A DNA stretch of 64,000 nt from an uncultured Gammaproteobacteria bacterium (GTDB lineage Bacteria; Actinomycetota; Acidimicrobiia; Acidimicrobiales; Aldehydirespiratoraceae), in assembly GCA_964196195.1 (NCBI GenBank), contig CAXMSE010000032.1, positions 801 through 64,800 of the forward strand, written 5' to 3'. The translations under genes were made by a program, and so were the position numbers. Positions 18,173 to 28,532 of this stretch are shown here, in pieces; within the stretch, counting starts at the first letter, position 1, and the number at the start of each line of letters is the position of its first letter. Below the pieces are notes generated by a model that was given only the letters and a program-made list of their open reading frames with translations, was not told the DNA's origin and made no database searches.

Positions 18173-18433
18173 TCAGCAGCCGATCACTCCGGAAAGAATC
18201 TGGATTCCGATGATGAGGATGATCGGCGATAGATCAAGAGCCACCGAACCGATGCGAAGCGAAGGGATCGCCCTGCGAAGGGGACCCAGGACCGGGTCGG
18301 TGATGAGGTAGAGCAACCCCGCCAGGGTGGCCCAGAAGCCGTTGGGGTCGAGGGGGAACCAGCTCAGCAGGATCCGCGCGAAGATCGCGATCAGATAGAG
18401 CGTGAGCGCTACACAAACTATGTCGAGAAGCAA
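18173..18433 (-). CDS. yggT: YggT family membrane protein
   Basis: ARILLSWFP, TDPVLGPLRRAIP, LDLSP. Confidence 0.92.
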   Translation of the reverse strand: MLLDIVCVALTLYLIAIFARILLSWFPLDPNGFWATLAGLLYLITDPVLGPLRRAIPSLRIGSVALDLSPIILIIGIQILSGVIGC

Positions 18434-18448
18434 TGGGATCCGTTCGAA

Positions 18449-19036
18449 TCAGTCGATGGCCCGTTGGGCATCGGCGGTGGACACCACCACGTCTGGCGGA
18501 GTGAGCAAGTACACCTGATCGGCGACCCGATCCATTTTGCCACCGATGGCGTAACAAAGTCCGCTGGCGAAATCCACCAATCGACGCCTGAGGTCGCGAT
18601 CGACTCCCTGGAGGTTGATGATCACCGCGCGGCCGGCCTTGAACCGGTCGCCTATCGCCTGGGCCTCATTGAATGAGGTGGGACTCAGCGCGTGGGGCTG
18701 GGCCGAGGGCGCTTCCACGATCCTCACCGCGGAAGCGGCCTGGCCCGGATCTGCGCGGGCCGGACTTATCGCGCGGGGTGCGGGTGCGGGCGTCGACTGT
18801 TGGGCCGGGATGGCTCGCACGGAGCCCGACGGGTTGGCGGGCGACGCAGGGATCGGGCGCACCGTGGACGACGTGGACCGCGGCGCGGGTTGACCCGACA
18901 CGGCACGCACCGTGGGCCGAGCACCCGCGAGTGTCGGCTCGCCTTGACCAACCGACCCCGAAGCGGGCGCGTACTCGTCGTATTCCTCGTCGGGGCCGAG
19001 GCCCAGATAAATCAAAGTTTTCTTCAGCATGGACAC
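18449..19036 (-). CDS. sepF: Cell division protein SepF
   Basis: N-terminal KKTLIYLGL, FNEAQAIGDRF, RRLVDFASGL, YLLTP. Confidence 0.93.
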   Translation of the reverse strand: MSMLKKTLIYLGLGPDEEYDEYAPASGSVGQGEPTLAGARPTVRAVSGQPAPRSTSSTVRPIPASPANPSGSVRAIPAQQSTPAPAPRAISPARADPGQAASAVRIVEAPSAQPHALSPTSFNEAQAIGDRFKAGRAVIINLQGVDRDLRRRLVDFASGLCYAIGGKMDRVADQVYLLTPPDVVVSTADAQRAID

Positions 19037-19118
19037 CGTCTTCCCTCCTCATCACGAGGATATCTCCCAGCGGCGTCCCGACGGTGTCATATCACCGCAA
19101 GGACCCTTCTGACCTGCA

Positions 19119-19766
19119 TTAACGCGACCTCTCACCAAAGAGATCGCGCCCGATTCTCACTATTGTCGCCCCCTCACCCACCGCCACTTCCAGGTCGGCG
19201 CTCATACCCATCGAGCACTCCTGCAACCCGAGTTGGTCGACAAGGGACCTCAGTTCCCGAAATCCTGGACGTGCCGCTTCCGGCTCGGCGAGCAGGGCAA
19301 CCCCCATCAAGCCGCACACGTCGAGGTCGAGATCGGTGAGTGCGCCCACGAGCTGGGGCGTATCGGCGAGCGGACACCCACCCTTGGTTTCCTCCCCGGA
19401 GATGTCGACCTGCACCATCACCCTGGCCCCCGGCGCTCGCTTGGCGATCTCGCGACCGAGCTCGAGTCGATCGACGGTCTGCCAGACATCGATGAGCCCG
19501 GCCAACTGGCGGACCTTGTTGCGTTGTAGTCGCCCTATGAAGTGCACTGTCGGATCGGTGCTCGTCTCTGCCAGTTTCGCCACACACTCCTGGGCGTAGT
19601 TTTCGCCCACGTCGGCAATCCCGGCACCGACGGCGGCATCGATCGCCGCCGCGGGGAAGGTCTTGGTGACTGCCACAATGCGCACATCGCTGCCCCCGGC
19701 GCGGTCGAGGCGCGCCCGCACCACGCCAGCTCGCTCAGCCACCACGGCGGAGTCGATACCGGTCAT
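19119..19766 (-). CDS. yggS: YggS/PROSC PLP homeostasis protein
   Basis: VAVTK, GENYAQE, HFIGRLQRNK, SMGMSAD, VRIGR..FG; ATG 19766. Confidence 0.92.
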   Translation of the reverse strand: MTGIDSAVVAERAGVVRARLDRAGGSDVRIVAVTKTFPAAAIDAAVGAGIADVGENYAQECVAKLAETSTDPTVHFIGRLQRNKVRQLAGLIDVWQTVDRLELGREIAKRAPGARVMVQVDISGEETKGGCPLADTPQLVGALTDLDLDVCGLMGVALLAEPEAARPGFRELRSLVDQLGLQECSMGMSADLEVAVGEGATIVRIGRDLFGERSR

Positions 19767-20440
19767 CGGGGCACCAATCGAACCGCGGTGACCTGGCGGC
19801 CGGCGTCGCCCCGGGTGCGATGGGAGAACCATCCCTCGTCGGCGGTGTCGCGGTCTAGCTTGCTAACCCTCGTGACGCCGGCATCGGCGAGAACCAACTC
19901 CACAGCCCCGGCCATATCGAGACACGGCCGGCCCGCCGCGTTGGTGGTGCGGACACCGGGGCCGGCAATCGCTTCCACCTGGCTCAGCTCCGGCTCTCCG
20001 AATTCGTAGCCGGCCGGCCCGATACAAGGCCCGATCACGGCCTCCACCGATGCATCACTGAGCCGACGAAGTGCGGCGACGGCGGAAGGCACTACACCTT
20101 CTACGACGCCACGCCAGCCCACGTGGGCAACACCTACGGCATCGGCACCCACGAGCACGACCGGAACACAGTCGGCGGTCTGGATGGAGAGCACTGCGCC
20201 CGCCACGTTGGTGACGCTGGCATCGGCCTCGGTGCCCGCATGCTCACCAGCGGTGGTGACTTCCACCACCTCTGAGCCATGGACCTGGCGCAGCCAGGTC
20301 CATTTACCGGGCATCAGGGCCTGGCGCGACTCAGCCAGCTCATCGGCCGGCCCATCGATACGAAAGTCGCCGTCGCCACGGTCGGTGAAGCAGATCTCCA
20401 CGGCTGTAGCGCGCCCTGCAGGCAGACGCCGTGTGAGCAT
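19763..20440 (-). CDS. pgeF: YfiH/PgeF family (laccase-domain) protein
   Basis: QVHG, TADCVPV, AHVGWRG, GPCI, FSHR. Confidence 0.88.
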   Translation of the reverse strand: MLTRRLPAGRATAVEICFTDRGDGDFRIDGPADELAESRQALMPGKWTWLRQVHGSEVVEVTTAGEHAGTEADASVTNVAGAVLSIQTADCVPVVLVGADAVGVAHVGWRGVVEGVVPSAVAALRRLSDASVEAVIGPCIGPAGYEFGEPELSQVEAIAGPGVRTTNAAGRPCLDMAGAVELVLADAGVTRVSKLDRDTADEGWFSHRTRGDAGRQVTAVRLVPR

Positions 20441-20442
20441 CG

Positions 20443-21555
20443 CTATTTCAGGAACGAGGGGACGTCGAAGTCGTCGTCGCCGAGATCGAGGTCGTCGTCG
20501 TCGGTGGCGAATACGTCGACGATCGGCACCTCGCCGGTGGGCGCTCCTCCGTCGTCGTCGAAGTCCGGGCGGCTGAGGGGACGCGGGGTGGCGCGGACGC
20601 CGCCCTCGTCCCAGCGATCGAATCCGGCGGCGATCACAGTGACACGGACGTCGTCGCCCATCTCGTCGTCGATCACCGCACCGAAGATGATGTTGGCGTC
20701 CTGATGGGCGACCCCGTGGATGATCTCGGCCGCCTCGTTGACCTCGAGCAGGCCAATGTCGGGGCCGCCGGAGATATTGAGAAGGATGCCGCGCGCGTTT
20801 TCGATCGAAGCTTCGAGGAGAGGGCTGGAGATGGCATCTCGGGCGGCCGATATGGCACGGCCCTCACCGCTCCCATGGCCGATCCCCATGAGGGCCGATC
20901 CGGCATCGGTCATGATTGTGCGTACATCGGCGAAGTCGGTGTTGATCAGGCCAGGCGTGGTGATCAGGTCGGTGATGCCCTGCACTCCCTGGAGCAGGAT
21001 TTCGTCGGCCATTTTGAACGCGTTCAGCACCGATGTGTCGTTGGTGGCAACGGTGAGGAGTCGATCGTTGGGGATGACGATCAGGGTGTCGACCTTCTCC
21101 TTGAGGCGCTGGATGCCCTGCTCGGCCTGCACCGACCGGCGACGGCCCTCGAACGCAAACGGGCGCGTCACGACACCGATGGTGAGAACTCCCTGGCTCT
21201 TGGCCACTTCGGCGATGACAGGAGCCGCACCTGTGCCGGTGCCTCCGCCCTTTCCGGCGGTGATGAACACCATGTCGGCGCCCGCGAGGGACTCGCGGAT
21301 CTCGTCTATGTGCTCCTCCGCGGCCTGGCGACCGATCTCGGGATCGGAGCCCGCGCCCAAGCCCCGGGTGAGATCGCGCCCGATGTCGAGCTTCTCATCG
21401 GCATCGCTCATCAGAAGCGCCTGAGCATCGGTATTGGCCGCGATGAACTCGACGCCTTTCAGCCCGGCGTCGATCATGCGGTTGACGGCGTTTACGCCAC
21501 CTCCACCGACACCGATGACCTTGATGACGGCGAGATAGTTCTGCGGATCAGTCAT
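20443..21555 (-). CDS. ftsZ: Cell division protein FtsZ
   Basis: [27 protein letters not shown]-terminal DVPSFLK; start [10 protein letters not shown]. Confidence 0.98.
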   Translation of the reverse strand: MTDPQNYLAVIKVIGVGGGGVNAVNRMIDAGLKGVEFIAANTDAQALLMSDADEKLDIGRDLTRGLGAGSDPEIGRQAAEEHIDEIRESLAGADMVFITAGKGGGTGTGAAPVIAEVAKSQGVLTIGVVTRPFAFEGRRRSVQAEQGIQRLKEKVDTLIVIPNDRLLTVATNDTSVLNAFKMADEILLQGVQGITDLITTPGLINTDFADVRTIMTDAGSALMGIGHGSGEGRAISAARDAISSPLLEASIENARGILLNISGGPDIGLLEVNEAAEIIHGVAHQDANIIFGAVIDDEMGDDVRVTVIAAGFDRWDEGGVRATPRPLSRPDFDDDGGAPTGEVPIVDVFATDDDDLDLGDDDFDVPSFLK

Positions 21556-21692
21556 CGCGTATAAGTCCTTGTTACGAGATTTCGGATTGGATCGCCCCGC
21601 GCGAGCCACGGTACAGCCGGCGATCAAAGGCTGACGGTATACCCGGGAATGCGATCGCGTGCGGACGCTGCGGGCACATCGGAGGGGGCTGG

Positions 21693-22529
21693 TCATCCTG
21701 CGGCTTCGACTTCGTCGGCATCGGCACCGTCCAAAGCAGCGTCACACGCGGGGTCGCGAGTGATGGTGCTCAGATCTGCGACCCGCACATCGATCACTTC
21801 TATACACCGCAGATCGGCTCCCGCGAGTACCGCGCGGACGGCGTCGAGCTTGTCGACGAGCAGGGATTCGTCGCCCAGGTTGACCACGGCACCACCCACG
21901 AGATTGAGGCCCAGCCGGGCATCGGGGTCCGAACCGCTGACCGTGATCGTCTCGATCCACGGGTCGAGGTCGGTCGGCATGGCTTCCACTACGGCCAACG
22001 CCGGGGAGCTCATCGCCTGCACGGTGCCGAGCTCGCCCTCGGCGGCGACGCCGATGACGGGGAGGGCGCCGACCTCTTCGCCGGCAATAGCTGCGATGGC
22101 CACCCCTCCGGTATCGACAGCTACAAACGACCCATCACCGGCGGGAAGTGCCGCTACTGCAACCCGTTCGACGACATCGAGCCTGAGTGTTCCCGGCCAG
22201 TCCCTGCTCGCGTCGACCGTCTCGACCCAGGGCAGGGAAGCCACCTCTGCTTCTATAGTCGCAAGGTCGAGGTCGAGAAGGGGCGTGCCCTCGGCCGCCC
22301 GCACGGCAACATTGATCTTCGCGGCCGACGCTGCATCGACCCCTTCGATCCTGACATGGTCGAGGTCGAGAAGGGCCGAGCGCGAGGCAGCCCATGCGCC
22401 CGCCACCAACGTGGCAACGACGAATCCCCCCACCAGGAAACGGAGTCGGCGTCGCCCTTCGGCGCGCCGAACGTCGATTCGGCGGGCCCGCAACCGCGGA
22501 TCGATCCTCACGGCGGCTGAGGTCATCAC
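21693..22529 (-). CDS. ftsQ: Cell division protein FtsQ/DivIB
   Basis: Basic N-terminus, one TM helix, POTRA ([21 protein letters not shown]), IDVRV; position before ftsZ. Confidence 0.85.
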   Translation of the reverse strand: MMTSAAVRIDPRLRARRIDVRRAEGRRRLRFLVGGFVVATLVAGAWAASRSALLDLDHVRIEGVDAASAAKINVAVRAAEGTPLLDLDLATIEAEVASLPWVETVDASRDWPGTLRLDVVERVAVAALPAGDGSFVAVDTGGVAIAAIAGEEVGALPVIGVAAEGELGTVQAMSSPALAVVEAMPTDLDPWIETITVSGSDPDARLGLNLVGGAVVNLGDESLLVDKLDAVRAVLAGADLRCIEVIDVRVADLSTITRDPACDAALDGADADEVEAAG

Positions 22530-23467
22530 CGGGTCTCGGTGTCGTCGGCAAAGCCGACCAAGTGGGTCTCGGCGTGGAGTTCGATTCCATGGGTGTCGAG
22601 CACGAGGCGCTTCACTTCACGCATCACGGCCAGAATGTCGCCCGCCGATCCGCCATCGTCGGCCTGGATGAAGTTGGCGTGTTTGGTGGAGACCTCGGCC
22701 GAACCGACCCGTAGTCCCTTGCCACCGGCGGCGTCGATAAGTCGCCCGGCGCTGTCTCCCGGTGGATTCGTGAACACCGAGCCGGCGTTTTGGCCACCGG
22801 GTTGATTGGCCCTCCGCCACTGGACGATCTCGGCGAGCCTCGTCTCCCCGTCACCGACGTCGCCCACCTCGAGATCGAAGCGGGCCCGCACCACGAGGTC
22901 GGACGCATCAAGGGCGGAGAATCGATATGAGAGGGCGAGATCGGCGGCGTCGCGCTCAACGAACCCGCCCGCCCGGAAGTCCAACATCTGGACGACGGCC
23001 AGTGAGTCGACCACTTCCGCGCCGTGTCCTCCCGCGTTCATCCGAACCGCTCCTCCCACCGAGCCCGGCACGCCGACCGCCCATTCCAGACCGGTTAGGC
23101 CCGCTTGCACGGCTTGACGGGCGACAACCGGGAGTTTGGCGGCGGCTCCGGCCCACACCCTGGTGCCTTCGATCTCGACCGACTCGAAGTGCTCACCGAG
23201 CCGAACGACGATGCCTGCGAATCCGGCATCGGCGATGAGGAGGTTGGATCCCCTGCCCACGACGAGGATCGGCACATCCGTGCCGGCCAGCACCGAGGCG
23301 ACCGAAGCAAGGGTGGAGTCGTTGCCGGCGGTAATCAGCGCCGCTGCCGGTCCCCCGACTCGGTAGGTGGTGAGGGGGCCGAGATCAGCGTCGCGCTGCA
23401 CCTCGCCGCCGATCTGATCGACGAGCTCATCGATGACCCGCTCCAGCACTCCCGTCACAGTGTTCAC
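22526..23467 (-). CDS. murB: UDP-N-acetylenolpyruvoylglucosamine reductase
   Basis: TTYRVGGPA, GRGSNLL, PGSVGGAVRMNAG, AGSVFTNP, KHANF. Confidence 0.95.
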   Translation of the reverse strand: MNTVTGVLERVIDELVDQIGGEVQRDADLGPLTTYRVGGPAAALITAGNDSTLASVASVLAGTDVPILVVGRGSNLLIADAGFAGIVVRLGEHFESVEIEGTRVWAGAAAKLPVVARQAVQAGLTGLEWAVGVPGSVGGAVRMNAGGHGAEVVDSLAVVQMLDFRAGGFVERDAADLALSYRFSALDASDLVVRARFDLEVGDVGDGETRLAEIVQWRRANQPGGQNAGSVFTNPPGDSAGRLIDAAGGKGLRVGSAEVSTKHANFIQADDGGSAGDILAVMREVKRLVLDTHGIELHAETHLVGFADDTETR

Positions 23468-24846
23468 GCGGCACCACGGGTGGAGAGGCGGCCGATCACG
23501 AGATCGGGAAGTGAGGTGAGGTCGCCCGCACCCAGGGTTAGGCACAGGTCGCCAGGGCGAAGTCGGAGGGCCAGCCAGTTGGCGACCTCGTCGAGTCGGG
23601 GGAGCCAGGCCACCGACGACCACGGATCAGCATCCAACACCGCGTCGACCACGAGCTTGCCGGTGATACCCGGGCGAGGGGTTTCGCCGGACGAGTAGAT
23701 GTCGGTGATGACCACTTGATCTGCTTGTGAGAACGACCCTGCAAAGTCGCGCCAGAGGGCCGCCGTGCGGCTGTATCGGTGAGGCTGAAACACACAGATG
23801 ATGCGCTTCCAGTCGCCGTCTCGCGCCGCCGCCACGGCCGCCTCGACTTCGGTGGGAAGATGGGCGTAATCGTCGACGAAGGTGATGCCGTCGACCTCGC
23901 CACGGAACTCGAAACGCCGGGCGACTCCGCCGAACCGGCTCAAGGCCCGCGCTGCTGCCTCGGCGGGCGCGCCGAGCAGGATCGCGGTGACCGCTGCCGC
24001 CGTAGCGTTGCGGGCGTTGTGCAGCCCAGGCGTCGGTAGATCAACACCGACGACGTCGGATCCCTCGTGGCGGATGGTGAAGGAGATGCAGGCCCGGCCG
24101 GGCTCGACATCGACCATCTGGTAGTCGGCCGCTCCCGTGGTGCCGTAGGTGATTCCACCAGTGATTGCCGCGACCGCCGCAGCGCCCTCGTCGTCGGCGC
24201 AGAACACTCGAACCGATGCGGCGCTGGCGAACTCGACGAAGGCCTCCTTCAGTTTCTCGGGGTCGTTGTCGTAGGTTTCGAGATGGTCGGGCTCGACGTT
24301 GGTGCCCACCGCCACCTCCGCTCCGAGCGACAAGAACGTGCGGTCGGACTCGTCGCCCTCGATGACGAACCAGTCGCCATCGTCCCACACCGCGCCCGAG
24401 CCGATCTCGTTGACATCGCCTCCGATGATGAACGAGGGCCGCATCTCGGCTTCCACCAGAATGAGAGCCAGCATCGAACTGGTGGTGGTCTTGCCGTGGG
24501 TGCCGGCGATCACCACAGTCTGGCGCTCTGCGGAGATCGCGGGGAGGATGTCGGCCCGGCGCAACACCGGCAGCCCAGCTTCGCGAGCCGCGACGACCTC
24601 AGGATTGCGGTCGGGAATCGCCGTACTGATTGCCACCAGTTCAGCGTCACCCAGATGGGCCGCGTCGTGGCCGATCTCGACCGCCATGCCTTCAGCCCGC
24701 AGGCGCTCGGCGACCGGGCCGTCCTTGAGGTCGGACCCGGTGACCTCGTGGCCCATCGCGTGGAGGACTGCGGCGATCGCCCCCATCCCGGCGCCACCGG
24801 CACCGACGAGGTGGATACGTCTGGGTGTGCTCAGATCAGGAGTCAT
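23464..24846 (-). CDS. murC: UDP-N-acetylmuramate--L-alanine ligase
   Basis: GAGGAGM, GTHGKTTT, EGDESD, DDYAHLPTE, FQPHRYSRT. Confidence 0.96.
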   Translation of the reverse strand: MTPDLSTPRRIHLVGAGGAGMGAIAAVLHAMGHEVTGSDLKDGPVAERLRAEGMAVEIGHDAAHLGDAELVAISTAIPDRNPEVVAAREAGLPVLRRADILPAISAERQTVVIAGTHGKTTTSSMLALILVEAEMRPSFIIGGDVNEIGSGAVWDDGDWFVIEGDESDRTFLSLGAEVAVGTNVEPDHLETYDNDPEKLKEAFVEFASAASVRVFCADDEGAAAVAAITGGITYGTTGAADYQMVDVEPGRACISFTIRHEGSDVVGVDLPTPGLHNARNATAAAVTAILLGAPAEAAARALSRFGGVARRFEFRGEVDGITFVDDYAHLPTEVEAAVAAARDGDWKRIICVFQPHRYSRTAALWRDFAGSFSQADQVVITDIYSSGETPRPGITGKLVVDAVLDADPWSSVAWLPRLDEVANWLALRLRPGDLCLTLGAGDLTSLPDLVIGRLSTRGAA

Positions 24847-25987
24847 CGGGTTCTTCAGTCTCGATCGGACGACGGGCGTGGGCTTCTACGAGATCTGCTA
24901 CTGCAGCGGCGGCATCGCGACGCGCGACCGAGTGAGCCGCCGCGCTCATCTCGGCGAGAAGTGAGGGGTTGGAAAGGAGGCGATCGATCTGCTCCACCAG
25001 GCGGGCACCGTCGAGGTCCTCATCGCTCACCATCACTGCCGCGCCGGCATCGACGAGGGCCATGGCGTTGGCTGTCTGATGATCGCCAGGGGCTCCCGGC
25101 AGGGGAACCAGAACCGCGGGCATTCCCGCCACCGCAAGCTCGGCAACCGAACTCGCGCCCGATCGGCAGAGCACCAGGTCGGCGGCTGCGTAGACGGTCG
25201 GCATGTCGTCCTCGTACTCAACCAGGTCGAACTGGAGGGCATCTTCGGCGCCCACCGGCACCCTCGCGGCAAGGTCAGCGTGGTCGCGTCGCCCAGCCAC
25301 GTGGCGGATCGCCAAATCAGAGCGTTGGCGCCAGCCTGTGAGTGCCTCGAAGAGGCTTTCATTGATCCGTCGGGCTCCGAGCGAGCCGCCGAACACCGCC
25401 AGCAAGGCCCGATCCTGGGCGACGTCGAGGGTGACTCGCGCCGCGGCGCGTCCGGCGTCGCGATCGATGGCAAGCACCTCGGGTCGGACGGGGTTGCCGG
25501 TCCAGGCGGAGCGAGGCAGGTCGGTGTGGGGAAACGACACCGCGCAGGCCTTGGCGAACCGGCCGGCAAGTCGATTGGCGGCTCCGGGAACGGCGTTTTG
25601 TTCGGCGACCACGATCGGTATGCGCCACACGACCGCGCCGATCACGCAGGGCACCGACGCATATCCGCCGAGACCCACCACAACAGCCGGGCGAAGGCGG
25701 CGAACCAGTACGACGGCTTTCGCCACCGCACGAAGGAGTCCGATGATCGACCCGATGTTGGCAACGGTCAGGCGGCGCTGGATCCCTCGTCCGGGCAGAA
25801 CCGTGAGGGGGTAGCCGGCTTCGGGCACGAGTCGGGTCTCGATCCCGCGCTCGCTGCCCACATAGTGGATTCTCGACGCGGGAACCCCGCGGGCTTCGAG
25901 CTCGGTGGCTATCGCCAGCCCGGGGACGACGTGTCCTGCTGTGCCGCCGCCGGCGATCACGACCCAGGCGCCCCGTGAGCCGCTCAT
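24836..25987 (-). CDS. murG: Lipid II GlcNAc transferase MurG
   Basis: GGGTAGHV, GGYAS, EQN, GNPVR, GGSLGA, HQTANA; real start ATG 25987. Confidence 0.95.
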   Translation of the reverse strand: MSGSRGAWVVIAGGGTAGHVVPGLAIATELEARGVPASRIHYVGSERGIETRLVPEAGYPLTVLPGRGIQRRLTVANIGSIIGLLRAVAKAVVLVRRLRPAVVVGLGGYASVPCVIGAVVWRIPIVVAEQNAVPGAANRLAGRFAKACAVSFPHTDLPRSAWTGNPVRPEVLAIDRDAGRAAARVTLDVAQDRALLAVFGGSLGARRINESLFEALTGWRQRSDLAIRHVAGRRDHADLAARVPVGAEDALQFDLVEYEDDMPTVYAAADLVLCRSGASSVAELAVAGMPAVLVPLPGAPGDHQTANAMALVDAGAAVMVSDEDLDGARLVEQIDRLLSNPSLLAEMSAAAHSVARRDAAAAVADLVEAHARRPIETEEPDDS

Positions 25988-27183
25988 CGGCCCTGCCTGG
26001 CGACGTTGAGCAATACACCCATCGCCGCCATCATGACCACCAAGGAGGAGCCGCCGAACGACAGGAACGGCAGGGTGACACCCATGACGGGTAGCAGCGA
26101 CATGACGGCACCGAGATTGAACAGAGCCTGCCCGACGGTCCAGGTGGTGATTCCGACGGCGAGCAACATGCCGAAGCGATCGGGGGCTCGGAGCGCAGCG
26201 ACGAACCCCGCCACGGCGATGACCACAAAGGCGAGGATTACCGAAGCGGCGCCGATGAGCCCGAGCTCTTCGGCCACAATCGCGAATATGAAGTCGGTGT
26301 GAGCGTAAGGAAGGAATCCCCACTTGGCTCGGCTCCCGCCGAGACCGACCCCACTCAAACCACCCACGGTTATCGCGTGGAGCGACTGCAGGGGCTGGTA
26401 ACCGACACCGACAGGATCGGCCCAGGGGTCGCGAAATGCCAGGAAGCGCGCCCTTCTCCACGCCGTCGACATCACCATCACCGCGGCGGTGGCTCCCCCG
26501 GCGAGGGTGAGCCCGGTGAGGTGGAGGAGGGGCGCGCCGGCGAGGAACATCATTGCGAATGCAATCGAGGCGATGACCAGGATGGCGCCGAGGTGGGGTT
26601 GGGCGGCGAGGAGGGCCACCATGAGCCCGGTCACCACGGCTACCGGCCGAAACGTGATCCGCGTGTTGTCCATCGGCCGCGAGGGCCGCGCCAGCAGATC
26701 GGCGATGAACAAGATGAGGGCGAGCTTGGCTACCTCCGAAGGTTGGAAGCTGAGGGGGCCGATTCTCAGCCACCGGGTGGCCCCGTTGGCGGTGATGCCC
26801 AAGCTCGGTATCTGCACCAACAGAAGAAGAAGCAGGGATCCGACCACCGACGGAACGGCAAGAATTCTCCAGCGGTGGTAGTCGACGCGTATGGTGATGA
26901 GAAGGGCGACGAATCCGACCGCCACCCAGACCAGCTGGCGTCGGAACAGAGACCATGCACTGTCGGACTCGCTGATACTCACCGCCGCGGATGCAGACAG
27001 CACCATGACGACACCGAGCAGCACCAGGCTCACCACGGTCACAAAGAGGATCAGGAACACCGGCGTTCGGCGACCGGCGGGACGGCTCGGTCCCCTACCG
27101 TCGGGGCGTGCCTTCGCGGTTGGGTGGCGCCGCTTCGCGGCGGTGCGTTGTTGGCGTTTGGGTCGACGTTCGGTGGCGGTCAC
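25984..27183 (-). CDS. ftsW: SEDS peptidoglycan polymerase FtsW
   Basis: NGATRW, FQPSEVAK, LPYAHTDFIFA..EELG, LPFLSFGGSS. Confidence 0.95.
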   Translation of the reverse strand: MTATERRPKRQQRTAAKRRHPTAKARPDGRGPSRPAGRRTPVFLILFVTVVSLVLLGVVMVLSASAAVSISESDSAWSLFRRQLVWVAVGFVALLITIRVDYHRWRILAVPSVVGSLLLLLLVQIPSLGITANGATRWLRIGPLSFQPSEVAKLALILFIADLLARPSRPMDNTRITFRPVAVVTGLMVALLAAQPHLGAILVIASIAFAMMFLAGAPLLHLTGLTLAGGATAAVMVMSTAWRRARFLAFRDPWADPVGVGYQPLQSLHAITVGGLSGVGLGGSRAKWGFLPYAHTDFIFAIVAEELGLIGAASVILAFVVIAVAGFVAALRAPDRFGMLLAVGITTWTVGQALFNLGAVMSLLPVMGVTLPFLSFGGSSLVVMMAAMGVLLNVARQGR

Positions 27184-28532
27184 GATGCACCCACCGTTCG
27201 GGCCTGGTTGACGATGCGGGCGAAGTCGTCGCCTCGTTCGCCGTAGTTGCGGTACCAGTCGAAGGAGGCGCAACCCGGCGACAAGAGCACCGGGGTTCCC
27301 CCGGCCGCAAACTCCGAGGCTAGGCGGACGGCTTCCTCCATGTCGTGAGCCAGCACCACCGGATGAGTGGCGTCGAACACGACACGTATGTCCTCACCTG
27401 CTTCACCGATCGCCACCACCGCTTTCACCGTGTCGCCCCCTGTGGCCAGCGCCGAGAGGTCGATGCCCTTGTTGCGGCCTCCGGCTATGAGCACCACCGA
27501 CGAGAACCCACGAAGGGCTGCGAGGGTTGCGTGTGGTGTGGTGGCCTTCGAGTCGTCGTAGTAGATCGAACCTGCGATTTCACCGACCGGGTCAACCCGG
27601 TGGGCGAGGCCGGGAAACTCCGCCGCAGCGGCGGCAACGGCCTCGCTGCTTGCTCCCACAGGCGCAACAGTGGCCGCGACCGCCAGGACATCTTCCACAT
27701 CGTGGGGAAGGCCTCGCCACAGGCGGTCGACCGTGGTGAACACGCCGGCCGGGCCCGACAGCTGGTTGCCGTCGCTCCACCAGTCGGCCGTCGGGGCACC
27801 GAAGGTGACGATCTCGCGCCCCTTCGGAAGCCGTGACATCACAACCTCGTCGGACGCGTTGGCCACCACCACACCGTGGGGCGCCACCATCGCGAACAGG
27901 CGAGCCTTGGCGTCCTCGTAGCTCCGGAGATCAGCGTGGATGTCGAGATGGTCGGGAGCGAAATTGAGCCAGGTGCCGACAGTCGGGGCGAATTCCGTGG
28001 AGCTGGCAAGCCGGAACGATGAGGCCTCTACCACAAACACTTCGGTGGCGGGATCGTCGATCGCCGCCACCAATGGCAGGTCGTTGTTGCCTGCGGCCAC
28101 TGCCACGATCCCCGACCGACGAAGAGAATCCACTGCGAGCTCCACCACCGTGGTCTTGCCGTTGGTTCCGGTGATGGCCACGATGCGACGCTTGTCCCAC
28201 GCCGCGGCGAGATCGAATTCGCTGACGATCGGCCTGGCTTCGGCGAGCGCTAGATCGAACACGGGATGTCGTTCTGGGAGCCCGGGAGCGGGACACACCA
28301 TGTCGACGCCGGCCACGAGGGCGGCCAGTTGTTTTTCGTCGGGCGCACCGACGAGTTCGAAGTCGAGTTCCGCTACGGCCTGGCGCAACTCCTCGCCGGG
28401 GTCGTCGTCGACGGCTACGACGAAGTGGTGGCGGCGAAGGAGGGCGCCGGCCACGGAACGATTCGTCACCCCCATCCCCACCAGCAACACGCGCTGGGGT
28501 CCGGATGCCAGGGCTTCGGCGACGCCACCCAT
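27180..28532 (-). CDS. murD: UDP-MurNAc-L-Ala--D-glutamate ligase
   Basis: ITGTNGKTT, SSF, PDHLD, DDSKAT, LLSPGCASFD. Confidence 0.95.
   Translation of the reverse strand: MGGVAEALASGPQRVLLVGMGVTNRSVAGALLRRHHFVVAVDDDPGEELRQAVAELDFELVGAPDEKQLAALVAGVDMVCPAPGLPERHPVFDLALAEARPIVSEFDLAAAWDKRRIVAITGTNGKTTVVELAVDSLRRSGIVAVAAGNNDLPLVAAIDDPATEVFVVEASSFRLASSTEFAPTVGTWLNFAPDHLDIHADLRSYEDAKARLFAMVAPHGVVVANASDEVVMSRLPKGREIVTFGAPTADWWSDGNQLSGPAGVFTTVDRLWRGLPHDVEDVLAVAATVAPVGASSEAVAAAAAEFPGLAHRVDPVGEIAGSIYYDDSKATTPHATLAALRGFSSVVLIAGGRNKGIDLSALATGGDTVKAVVAIGEAGEDIRVVFDATHPVVLAHDMEEAVRLASEFAAGGTPVLLSPGCASFDWYRNYGERGDDFARIVNQARTVGAS

Noticed and set aside
24836-26956. Apparent 706-aa MurG, and similarly extended ORFs for the phosphodiesterase, rsmH, glpK and trpD
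   Set aside because: The extensions are stop-free frames overlapping neighbouring genes; real starts are marked by overlaps, SD sequences or -10 elements. Not fusions.
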